This document shows positions 48,225 through 58,911 of a stretch of DNA of 64,000 bases, piece by piece (the stretch's first letter is position 1; the number at the start of each line of letters is the position of its first letter). Location: NCBI GenBank assembly GCA_977018835.1, contig OZ361259.1, forward strand, positions 186,001 to 250,000, read 5' to 3'. A model generated the notes under the pieces. It was not told the origin of the DNA. It was given only the letters and a program-made list of their open reading frames with translations, and searched no databases. Position numbers and translations under genes: made by a program. The stretch comes from Minutocellus sp. GHC0000111. Taxonomy: Eukaryota.

Positions 48225-48365
48225 ATACACTGTAGATCATTGGGATCAGGAGCTTCGACGTTACTCGTAGATGCTGTACATGAACGGCATAATTGAGGTT
48301 TCTGATACTTTCTTATTTTATAACATATATTGCATTGTTGTATTGTGTAAAGATATGTGCTTTCC

Positions 48366-50714
48366 TTAAACGACGTACACCGATGACTCGTCCCTGTCCT
48401 CCACTGACACTTCTACCGAGACATTATCATCATCCTTCTTCAGTCCGTGCTTCCTTGTTGATTTCTTAATGGACACGCTTCTACCCATACCAGCACTATT
48501 GGCAGGTACCCTGGGAGGCCTTGATCCCTGCACATTCTTGGTATTCTTCGACTTGACCCATTTGGTACCAGTGGGTTTGCGCTCTTCGTACTGTACTCCA
48601 GCTAGCCACTCGGTGACCGTCTTCTTCGGGCGGCCTGCTGCCTGCTTCCCCTTCCGAAGGCCATTGCTAGATTTGATCACCTTCATGCGCCTGCCGCTAC
48701 TTGCTGACGATTCACAAGTAGAAGGTTCGTCGTTCTTTGCACCTTTTGTGATTGAGCGTTGGGAAGGAGAGCTGGCACTTTGCTGGGTTTCTTTGGGCAA
48801 TTGCTGGGTTTCTTTGGGCAACCCAGAGGCAGGGCCTTGATACACGGGTCCATTGATGTTGGCTTCTGTCTTGAGTAGAGACGATGTAGAGGGCGAGGGC
48901 TTGATTAGAGTCACCGTAGTAGTGGATGTTTCGTTGCCAACGCTATCGTTCGATCGGTTGGCATATTTCAGTAGATGGGCGTTGGGTGATTGATTTTCGT
49001 GCTCGTTCGAAATTAGCTCGGTACCACCCACGACGGTCCCTTTGCCACTCGCTTCGACCTCGACGCTTTCGTCAGCAATGCTTGTACCACCACTGTGGAA
49101 AAAATATGCCACACCACTTCCTACCTTTCGCAAAGCGGCTTTGGTAGAACGAATGTAGTCTCCATCTTCATCGGCAGAGGGGTTAATCACGGACATTTGT
49201 CCTCCCTTGATCATCACGTGAGATTCAGGGGTAGTATGTTTGGGGCTCGTGGTGGCTTCTGCCGCCTCCGTGTTGTGAGGGGCTGGTGGTGTTGGAGGAC
49301 GAGGAGCGGGTTGTTTGGCGCCAAGACCATCATCGCTATCGAGACGAGATGGTTCATCGTAGGAAATTCCTGATACTAATGCAGTATCATCCTCCTTGGC
49401 GGACTCGACATCGATCGGTGGAGGCTTTCTGGGTGCTCCTGCATTGGCCTGTCCATCGTTGTCATCAAAGTCAACAACAACGCCAAGCGACGGAGTGAAG
49501 CTGGCTGATGAGACGAGATCGGATTCGTTCTGAACAATTTGGGAGTGATCGAGGTTCTTCAGATGCTCGCCCCATGCCTCACGTCGCCTAGCTCCTCTTC
49601 CGCGGGGTGATTTGCTCCCGGTGCCCATATTGAGCTTGTCGTTGATCATGGCAACCAGGCTGACCTTGCCTTTACTTACGAGCTTGTCAATCTGTTTTTG
49701 TAGGACACTAAAGTCGCAAATTTGAACATCTTCGAAGTTGTCTTTCATGTCACGCTTCTCCTCGCGCCAATCCCTCCGCATCTCCTTCATTTCCTTCTTC
49801 ACTTCTCTCATCAGGTGGTTGGTGTTGGGGTTGGTCCTGTAGTCCGTACATGCGGAATGTGTGTCAGCGGTGAAGCGGCTGTCACAGCCGGTGTCACAGC
49901 CAGTGTCGTCGTCTCGGCTGTAGTCCTCTGTAAGGCCGGTGCCTGCGCTGGTGTGTCCGGTGATGCCCGCATCCTTGGAAAGCACGCTGGAGCAATCGGT
50001 GATGCCCGTGTCCTTGGAAAGCACGCTGGAACATCCTCCGCGGGAGCAGGCGTCAGAGTGTCCGGTGCAGTTGGTTCCTCCACAAGCGCTCTCGTCCTCG
50101 ATGAAGGAGGCGCTGGCGTCCTCGTTGAGACTGGGCATGCGACCACCACCGCGACCGTGGCCGTGACCGTCACCGCTGTAACTGCGATCGCGGTTGTGAT
50201 GACCTCGGTGCCCATTTTTCGACGTCAGGCCTCGGAGCTTGTTGAAGTCGGGCGAGGCCATGTGCGACATGGTCGACACGACCATGAGACGGTCGCTCTC
50301 CTCACTGTGTTTGCTCTGGATCCTGCCCCGATGGTCACCGTCACCGCCTGCGTAGCTCGATGCGTCGTCGCACTTGCTCGCATCGCAGTTGGTGAAGCTT
50401 TCGGTTCCAATGTCCCGCAATTCGTTGGCAGCTTCTTTGGGATGAGGAGCAGAGTCGCCGAGGGCACCGTCGTCCATGGGCGGTTGGTCTCTCCTCCCAC
50501 CACCGCTAGCACCGGCGGCGCTCTTCTTCTTCGGTGCCTTCGGAGGGCGAGAGGTAGGTGTTCTGCCGCCGTAGTTGGCGTTGGCTTTGGAGTGAGCCTT
50601 AGGGCCACCACCTCGTGGGGACGGATCGTCGATGTGCTGATCGCCATTTCTGCCATCACCATGCTGGTGGGCACTGCCGCGACGACGGTCGCGTCCACCG
50701 TGATGCCTGACCAT
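48366..50714 (-). CDS. Low-complexity hypothetical protein with short internal tandem duplications
   Basis: About 780-codon open frame from ATG 50714; repeats CSSVLSKDxGIT x2 and LPKETQQ x2. Confidence 0.6.
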   Translation of the reverse strand: MVRHHGGRDRRRGSAHQHGDGRNGDQHIDDPSPRGGGPKAHSKANANYGGRTPTSRPPKAPKKKSAAGASGGGRRDQPPMDDGALGDSAPHPKEAANELRDIGTESFTNCDASKCDDASSYAGGDGDHRGRIQSKHSEESDRLMVVSTMSHMASPDFNKLRGLTSKNGHRGHHNRDRSYSGDGHGHGRGGGRMPSLNEDASASFIEDESACGGTNCTGHSDACSRGGCSSVLSKDTGITDCSSVLSKDAGITGHTSAGTGLTEDYSRDDDTGCDTGCDSRFTADTHSACTDYRTNPNTNHLMREVKKEMKEMRRDWREEKRDMKDNFEDVQICDFSVLQKQIDKLVSKGKVSLVAMINDKLNMGTGSKSPRGRGARRREAWGEHLKNLDHSQIVQNESDLVSSASFTPSLGVVVDFDDNDGQANAGAPRKPPPIDVESAKEDDTALVSGISYDEPSRLDSDDGLGAKQPAPRPPTPPAPHNTEAAEATTSPKHTTPESHVMIKGGQMSVINPSADEDGDYIRSTKAALRKVGSGVAYFFHSGGTSIADESVEVEASGKGTVVGGTELISNEHENQSPNAHLLKYANRSNDSVGNETSTTTVTLIKPSPSTSSLLKTEANINGPVYQGPASGLPKETQQLPKETQQSASSPSQRSITKGAKNDEPSTCESSASSGRRMKVIKSSNGLRKGKQAAGRPKKTVTEWLAGVQYEERKPTGTKWVKSKNTKNVQGSRPPRVPANSAGMGRSVSIKKSTRKHGLKKDDDNVSVEVSVEDRDESSVYVV

Positions 50715-51314
50715 TCTTGCCTGACTTTGGAAGTGCGGAGGAGAGAGGGAGGAAAGAGTGGTGCTGGGGTAGTGGATAGGAATTCCTACCACTTGGGAAA
50801 GTAGATGGCCAACTTTTGGTTTTTTCCAATGCCAATGTTGGAGACCTTGCGGCAGGCAGGGCACCACACGGAGACAGCCACAGCACAGAGAGGAACGAGT
50901 CGGCTAGATGCCTTGGACAGTGAGCAAAGGATTGCAGAACTGTAGCTTAGCGATGAGATTGAATCGCGGGGTAACTGTGGGCCTGACTGCACGATCTTTC
51001 TTTGCGCAGAAGATGCTGCTGCTGGGGGGACAGCAAATGAAGCGGAGGCGATCCGAAGCATCCCATCTTGTGCAAAGACATTTGACCGGGCAGGCTTGCA
51101 TGTTGACTTATTCGACTCAAATACATAAAGTACAAAAACCTGGAGCTGGCGAGGTGGGCATAAGCGTTGAGCAATGATGATGATGAGGCCGAGCCAGCTG
51201 GGCCGCGCCGGGCACGAGCATTTTTCCTCTTTCCTCTTGGTCGTTCGCCCGACCCATCACGCCGGTACCTTGCTGCTTGCATACGAAGCAGCAAAACAAA
51301 CTAAGCAAGACAAG

Positions 51315-52539
51315 ATGGCCGACAACCGACTCCGATGCGCCCTGGTGTACCGCCTCGACGCCGGTGACGAGACCTCCGTCACCATGCTGGCCAAGTACGA
51401 CCACGCGTCGCAGTACGAGACCAGCCCGGGAGGGTCCGACCTGTACGGCGGCCGCGACAAGAGCTACGCCGATGCCGTCGGGATGGTCATCGGGAACGAC
51501 CCGCCGGGCGCCACCTCCGAGGCCGGGACCATCGGTGGCTTCAAGGTGTGCCAGTCCGAGGTGCACCAGGTCGTTTACGGTTCCGATACGGATGGATTGT
51601 GTAAGTCTTGTGGCAACAGTCCATGCCAGCACGTACATAATTGTTTTACATGTGTTCGTCCAAAAGGATTTGAATTGTTACTTGAATTGTTCATGTAATG
51701 GGCGCCATAACAATATGCATTCGGGGCATGTTTGTCGCCAGTCAATAATTGAGTGGGTTAAGCGCTGCTGGCGTTGGGAGTATTAACCTGCTGTGTGACT
51801 ACTCTTATTCGGGTGCAGATTGCAATGCGGTACCCACTGCTGCGTCGTATTTTTAGTTCGTGTTACCCGAATAAATGGTTGGACGCGACCGAATCAAAGC
51901 ACTGGCCCGGTTGGGGTCGAAAGTCGTCCGATTAGATTGTAGCCGATGCCTTCGATGTCCATCTCACATTTCATTTCCGCATACCTCTTTTGCCTCATCC
52001 TGTCCCTGTCCTTCCTTGACCTCATCGGCCTGCACCACCGCTTCCCGCCGTCCTGGACCGCACTTCAAACCGCAGGCCTCGCCGTCATTACCGGACTCAA
52101 GTACCCCTCCCGCGTCGCCATCCAGGCCCTCATCGAGCTGTACGGCAAGTACTCCGAGCAGTTCGGCCTCCAGGCCAAGTCGGCCACGACCAACTCCCTC
52201 ACCAAAAAGTCCAAGCCCGTCCTTCAGGCCATGTGCAAGAAGTACGACGACCTCTCCAAGGTCGACAAGACCTCCGCCCTCATCGGCAAGGTCGACGAGG
52301 TCAAGGTCCAGATGCAGGACAACATCAGCGCCATGCTCAAGAACACCGAGCAGGCCGAGAGCCTGGCCGAGCGGTCCGACCAGCTCAACGAGCAGGCCAG
52401 CGTCTTCAAGAAGAAGAGTACCGACCTCCGGAAGCAGATGCGATGCAAGAACTTGCATATGACCATCATCCTTACGCTCCTGGTCGTCGGTGTTTTGGCC
52501 ATCATCTTGGTCCCACTCATCATGAAGGCGAGGAAATAG
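51315..52539 (+). CDS. VAMP7: Longin-type R-SNARE (VAMP7-like); exons 51315-51600 and 52076-52539
   Basis: YPSRVA longin motif, KVDEVKVQMQDNI...L.ERSDQL.EQASVFKK synaptobrevin coil, C-terminal TM. Confidence 0.85.
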
Positions 52540-53038
52540 CACAAGTAATATTGTGATAAGAGATATTGGCCGTGTCAAACGAGGTGTGCGGTATCCTTTC
52601 AATTCGGCATTAAGCAAAGAGTCGGTAACGATTTGAAACGGCTGGTAAGCTTCCCACAGGTGATGCTACGAGCATGTTGGGAATCGCCTTGTTGGCCATA
52701 TGACGCATCCTTATTTCGGGGAGGTTTGGTTTAGGAATTCCTTTTGCTGAAGTAGATCTATTTATTTGCGGGTCGCCAATGACAAAATTCTCCTTGACCC
52801 GTGGAGTGATTGAGTTGGAAAGACTTTCGCATTGTATTTGGAGACCAAAAGGTCCTTACAGCTTTACTTTGTAGTCATAAAAAAGGATAAATTTATTCGC
52901 TTAGATTTAGGTATTTGTTACACCGTTTTTCAATATGTATTGGAATGTGCAGCGCTCTAAGAAAGAACAAGGACAAAAATTCGGGCTCGTCGTAAGCAAT
53001 CGTTTTCTCCTTTCCAAAATAGGGTGGTATGCAGAAAT

Positions 53039-54395
53039 TTACAAGAGATATTCGACAAGGGATGGGTTGGATTGATTGCTCGTCTCTCTGACAACAGAGT
53101 GGCTAGGAATCATCGCGATATCGGAGGTGGGATGCGGATTCGCATGCTGCGGGGGGTGGGTTGGAGAAAGAGGACCAGCCGTTTCGCATGCGAAAATGCT
53201 TTTCACTCCCCTCTTGAATCGTTTGGACAGATCCTTGAGGTCAAAGTCAAATATTTCCTCTCGGTCATCGTTGTCAAAGGTTTCTCGGTACCTCCTGGAG
53301 TCTGGCAGGTCGGTATAGGCTGTGCCCGTGTAGGCGGTGTCATATGCGGTGCTCGCATCTGTATAGTTGGAGTCATCGTCAGCCGATTGAGTTGGTCTTT
53401 GGGCGAGGGAGTAAGCAGTCGCTGTGCCCATCGTGTAATTCGTAGCTCCGGTCGAATAAGCTGAGTAATCACCCATGTCGGTGTAGTCCGTGTAGGCACT
53501 CATGTCTTCAGTGGCGTCGGTCATGGCCGTGTAATGTGTGTCATAGTTCGTCTCGTTGTCCTCAGTGATGCTGCTGAGCCCGGTGCGAATGCTGGCGCCG
53601 GTCGTGGTGTACCTGGTTCCACCAGCGTTGGCCCAGCCCCCACTTGGTCCTCCCATCTCGCTCATCATTCCAGTGTACTCCGTGCCATACTCTGTGAAGT
53701 AGGCCGTGTTCTCGTCGAACTCGAATTCTGTGTTGTACTCTCGGAACGCCAGGACCAGGTGGCATGTCATATTCGGTATTGTAGTTCGTCGCATCCTCTT
53801 CGGCGTCGTCGCTGTTGTGGCCAGAGAAACTGGAAATGATGCCGCTCATACCACTGTAGGCGCTCTCGGCCTCGCGGATGGTTGGCAAGTGGCTGTTCTG
53901 CAACGCCACCCTATTCCAAGCCGAACTCGGTGCATTATTTTGGGATTTAACATATGCATTACTAGTCCCTGGGCGCGCGGTACTAATATTGCAATTAAAG
54001 GATGGTTTGGACGGCAACTGCTGCTGCTGTTGTTGCGATTGTTGCTGCTGCAATTGTTGCTGCTGCAATTGTTGCTGCTGCAACTGCTGCTGACCCTTCT
54101 TCGGCTTTCCAAGACCCTTCTGAACACGGTAGCCAGAGGAAGCGGTGGATCGGTTGCTTGGGCTGGCCGACGAGTACTTGCTGGTGGCATCCGAGAAGGG
54201 TTCTCGGTTTGGTTTGGGACTTCGTGAGCTCATGGTCGATGGTCGTCTCACACTGCCCAGAGGTGGCTTCGCGTTGGTGTTGACGGACATGGCCCGAGCT
54301 CCGTTGGAGGCGGCATTATTTTTTGCCGGCCCCGAGGGTCGCGGCGGTCTGCCCGATGGAGGTTTCTGTTCCCTCTTGAATTTCTTCCTGAACAT
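53039..54395 (-). CDS. Low-complexity Q-rich and Y/T/D-rich hypothetical protein with frameshift near 53742
   Basis: ORFs 53562-54482 and 53039-53794 share YNTE-type repeats and join across a GAGAG run. Confidence 0.55.
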
Positions 54396-54916
54396 TGCAG
54401 ATAGATCGATATGTGAAAGGTTTGGAGCGAGCCACTTTAGTATTCCTGCCAGTGAGCCTCCTCTACAAAGAAAGGGTTGCAATGGAACGAGAACCGGCTG
54501 GCAAGAAATAAATGATGCGGATGGAATGCTTTTTTATGTATGCTTGGTTCCTTCGCTTGCTAAGTGGGCCTAAGGTTTGGTCTTGTCTTGGGCGATGAAA
54601 TAGAGCACATTAGCCCCTGGGCGATACAACTGCGATGCTTTCTCATCCCTCCCAGTATGATAGCCCACATGAGACCACGGTACATCGCAAGTCCATCATC
54701 CATCTCTTTTGAGCATACAAAAATTTGAGTGACGCGGGGGCCGGGGGCCTTTTCCTCCTAAAAAAATCGTGATGGCGCCTGTCCGTCCGTCGTCGAGCGT
54801 GGCATCGGCTGACTTTCAGCAGCAGCGGAACCACCAAGATGAAGTCAAACGCCCGGCAGAGCACCAGTCCAGTTGGAGGAAGAAGGAGTAGCCTCTAGTA
54901 GATAGATCAGCAGAGC

Positions 54917-56254
54917 ATGTCGTCCACGCAGACGCAAAGAGATGCGCTCCTCCAGCAGATTGCTCGGGAGAGGAGAGAAGTGCGCATCCTGGAGTCCGAA
55001 CGGGCCCTTCTCCTGAGCCGGTTCAACCATCGTCAATCGCAAGGAACCGACAAAGGGGCGAGAGATACCTGCTCCGATACCGCCAACACAGCAAATGCTC
55101 GGAATAGCAGTAAGAAGATGCCACGCCCTCGTTATCATGGCGGAGACTTTTCCGGGGATCAAATGGCCAGGCTGACACATGGTGCTGCTGACCAAGACGG
55201 CGGTAGGGATCTGCTCGACGTGCTCGATGCACTGCAGTGCCGAACGACGCTGGAAACCATGAACGCGAACAATATTGGGGAAGCACCATCTTCTACGTCA
55301 GGTATCTTTGTACCAAGGAATGCTGCCACTGGTGGCGGCGGCGTTCTGAGAGAAGTGGACGCAGATTCCTACCGGATGCATCCTATTCTTGGCGGCATTA
55401 CCTTTACAAAGGTGGAGGGACCGCTTCCGCCAGGCGAGCAGAAGCGGTCACAAGAAAAAGACATCGACAATGGAGATCCCAAGAAGAGTACACGGTCATT
55501 GTACATCCTTTCGGGACATACCAATGCCAATATATCTGCAATTCCTGGGTCGGAACACAAATCGGAATGTTGCTGCATTGGTTTCGAGGTCCGAGCGGAG
55601 ATATCCTTTGCAGATCAATCTGATGGTGCTGATGACGAAAGGGCGACGGTGTCATCGGTACACACCAAGTTCTTCCCGCATCCGTCAAATGAGATGGCTC
55701 AAGACGATGATTCCAAATTTGCCCTGCCCATTCCCTTTCCAAAGGAGGAATTGGAAGAACTTGCCGATTTGGTATCCAAGACGCGAAGTCTGACGCAACT
55801 GTTTCGGGAATTGGTGGCCTTTCACGAATTTCATTTAGAACGATCGGCATCGATGCAACGGCTTGTCAAGGAATTTGGCACGGATGGTTGTCTATCGATC
55901 ACATGCGCCGATATTATGGAAATTAGAAGCAGCTATGGCAATATGAAGGCCGGCAGGGATTGCTTGAGTGGGTTCAAAACAGCTGGTGCTGGTGCTGGTG
56001 TTGGTGTTGATGCTGGTGTTGGGCCGCTTCTGCGCTTGAGACTATCGTGGTCCCGCTCCTTTTCGGAGCTTGGCCGGGAGGATGATCTCTGCGTTGAAGA
56101 TTGCACCGTCGGGGGCAACGGTGAGGCGGATAATGCTGTCGATGCACTGGTGGATACCATCCTGGATCCCGACGGCATCGATTCTCTCGTCCATATTGCA
56201 GGTGGCATCGAGGAGGCTATCCGTGCGATCACCCGGGCCGTCATGGGGACGTGA
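54917..56254 (+). CDS. Hypothetical protein, candidate CENP-P/Ctf19-like kinetochore subunit
   Basis: 445-aa ORF with N-terminal coiled coil, then LGGITF, YILSG, FEVRAEI, ELADLVSKTRSLTQLFRELVAF...R...L...F and LRLSW segments resembling CENP-P as recalled. Confidence 0.5.
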   Translation: MSSTQTQRDALLQQIARERREVRILESERALLLSRFNHRQSQGTDKGARDTCSDTANTANARNSSKKMPRPRYHGGDFSGDQMARLTHGAADQDGGRDLLDVLDALQCRTTLETMNANNIGEAPSSTSGIFVPRNAATGGGGVLREVDADSYRMHPILGGITFTKVEGPLPPGEQKRSQEKDIDNGDPKKSTRSLYILSGHTNANISAIPGSEHKSECCCIGFEVRAEISFADQSDGADDERATVSSVHTKFFPHPSNEMAQDDDSKFALPIPFPKEELEELADLVSKTRSLTQLFRELVAFHEFHLERSASMQRLVKEFGTDGCLSITCADIMEIRSSYGNMKAGRDCLSGFKTAGAGAGVGVDAGVGPLLRLRLSWSRSFSELGREDDLCVEDCTVGGNGEADNAVDALVDTILDPDGIDSLVHIAGGIEEAIRAITRAVMGT

Positions 56255-56786
56255 CGCTTGAACCCTTGGCCAAACATCGGTCCCATACCAGTAAATACGC
56301 GTAAAGCTACGTAGCTAAGCTGCATGTTGGAGTTTCAAGATCAACATCTTCGCACTATAATAAAATCAAAAATCAATTATATCTACCAAAACATTGATCA
56401 TCGAAGAAAAAAGAAATCTAGAATATCCCCAACCTGCATTGGCAAGGAAGCCAAGCGGTGTGCGTAATGCGTAACAAATGTGCGGTATGCGGTGTTCGTG
56501 GCGAGAGAGGGGGGAGGTAGCTACGTAGGTGTGCGGTTTGACGTGTACGGTGGTGGGTAACGGTGGCGGCGGGAAAGGGGGGTCGGTGGTGGTGGATCCG
56601 GGAACACAGGAGTCCCTGGAGCCCACCCACAGCGGGGGTCCGGAGCCAAGAACCTCTCTTGGCTCCAGACGGCGCTGCCTCTAAAAATTTAATACCACTT
56701 CCGCTTTGCCTCCAGCCCCACACTAGCTAGACTTTGACACTTACTCCTCCCTCTCTCCTCCCTTCCCTCGCCCCCTTCTCCTCTCT

Positions 56787-58070
56787 TTAGGCCTCCTCAC
56801 ACCATTTGTTCTCCTCGCGGACCTGGGCCTCCTCCTCGGGGCTGAAGTCGTTGGCGATGTTGAAGGTGCGGCGGATCTCCTCGGGGGTCTTGCCCTTGAT
56901 CATGGAGGCGACGGTGGCGCAGGTCAGGTCGAGGAGGGGCTTGATGTCCATGTAGTTGGCGGCGAGGATGAGCTCGAAGAGGAGGACCTGCTCGACGTTG
57001 ACGAAGTCAGCGTACCACTTCTGGACGACCTCGGACATGACGGCGGACTTGAGGGGCTTCTCGATCTCGGTCATGGGCTCGGCCTTGTGGTGCTCGCAGA
57101 AGTCGATGACCTTCTTGAGGACGGAGGCCTTGACGTTGGGGAGGGGGATCTCGGCGACGGCGTCGTCGTCGTCCCCGTCCATCATGGTCTTGACGAGCTC
57201 GGACATCTTGGCGACCTCGGCGGAGACCTCGAAGGAGTCTCCCTCCTTGCTGACCTGTTATGTATTACGACGGGCCGCGGGGCGGGAGGAACCAGATGGC
57301 ATGGAAAATCGCACCGGCGATCGAGAGTTGGTTCGACGGGAGTGACGGGCCGGACCAGAACGGAACCGGACGATCGAAACCAAGAAGAGAAAGAGTACGT
57401 CAGTGTGAGATAGAGCGTGAGCCGGGGGACCATGAATGAACATACATAGATGATAGATACATCATAATGTGGTGTGGCCGAGAGCTTGCGGTCGTGCGGC
57501 GGGGGGACCCGAAAGGATACGGCACATCACCAACTCCAAATGCAACTACAACCAATCAAAATGAAAATAAAATTCATTGGCCGAGACCGCAAACCACCCG
57601 AATAATTGGTCCGGATCGGTCGGACCGGAGGGGAGAGGCCGGCGATGCAAAGGTTCCACGGCCTGCCGACCGACCGCCCGATCGCAAAAATCCGCCACAT
57701 TCATTTCTCAACAAATGCGGGGAATTTCCAAGGCACAAATCCAGACTTAATTATGAAGAAATGGGCCAACCGACCCGCAAACCGGCCGGACCGTCTCCCA
57801 TTTTCAACCCTTGGAAAGGATGGAAGCACCGCCGGGACCGGTCCGGTCCGAACAAGGCTGGGCAAAGCCGGCCGATTCCAAAGCTCCCTCCGGCCTCCGG
57901 CCTCCCGCCTCCGACTGCGATTCTGTTCCCGTGGATTGGGGGTCGCGGACTCGACTCTCCCTCCTCAAACTGGACGGGGAAACCCCACAGAAACAAATTG
58001 ATACGGCTGAACTAAAACTTACAAGGTTGACCTTGGTGGTGTCGGCGTCGGCGGCGGCGGCTTCGGACAT
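56787..58070 (-). CDS. SKP1: SKP1; exons 58023-58070 and 56787-57254
   Basis: IPLPNVK...[11 protein letters not shown]...[37 protein letters not shown]. Confidence 0.97.
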
Positions 58071-58911
58071 GGTTGTTGGTTGATAACGAGCGGGAAGGCT
58101 TGGAACAGCAAAAGGCAAAAAATCTGCAAAAATGAAGTGAGCCTGAAAACAGCAAAGAGTTGCAAAAGCCGAAAAGCCGAAGCGGCGCTGGAGCCCGGTG
58201 ACGGCCAGACGACAATTTGGGCAATTGGACTCGCTCGACCTGGCATCATGCTTGGCGGGCGCGGGAGGCGAGGAACTTTCCCCAACGCACCTGCCGCCCG
58301 CTCCGATGGCATCATATTCCTCCGCCACGGACCGTGGAAGGCCGTGGTATACTCAATACCGAACTCAATTTCGGAGTCGAGTGAACGGAAGAGTGATCCA
58401 AATCTGTTTCGCTTCCACGGCTTTGTTGTTGTGCAACGCCGTCGTGCCTTGGGGGACGCACGCATGCATGCATCGCATGGGAGCAAAGCACATACATTTC
58501 ATTCCTTCATCCATCCGAGTCAAAGGTGGCACCTCTTTTGCACATGCATACATCTGCGTGCCGCACCCAATACACGAACAAAAGCACGCGTCCTGTGAGG
58601 TCGGAAAGATCCCCTTGAAGCTACGTACTTCGCACAATAACGAAAAAGGTCGGTCGGCGGAGCGGAGTGGTCGTCACTGACTGAAGCGAGGCAAAGCAAA
58701 CATTAACGGTGTGTGAGATAGCACCGAACTGATCACCGCTCGCTCGGCGCGTGGCAGCAGCGTGGAAGCACAAAAAGGAAGAGGGTGCAATTTACCTGCC
58801 GCCCAAACAAAAATAAATATCGCAGCAATCGAACGGCGTGGACACCAATATAATAGCAGGTGCGAATATTAGTACCCGAGGAAAGATACCGTTTCGCATA
58901 TCAATAGATAA

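Noticed and set aside
54018..54092. Cys-rich ORF (CCCCNCCCC)
   Set aside because: Antisense reading of a CAG/CAA poly-Q tract.
56787..57254. Low TpA in SKP1 and ribosomal-protein exons as further hypermutation
   Set aside because: Explained by C/G-ending codon bias; conserved Tyr residues are intact.
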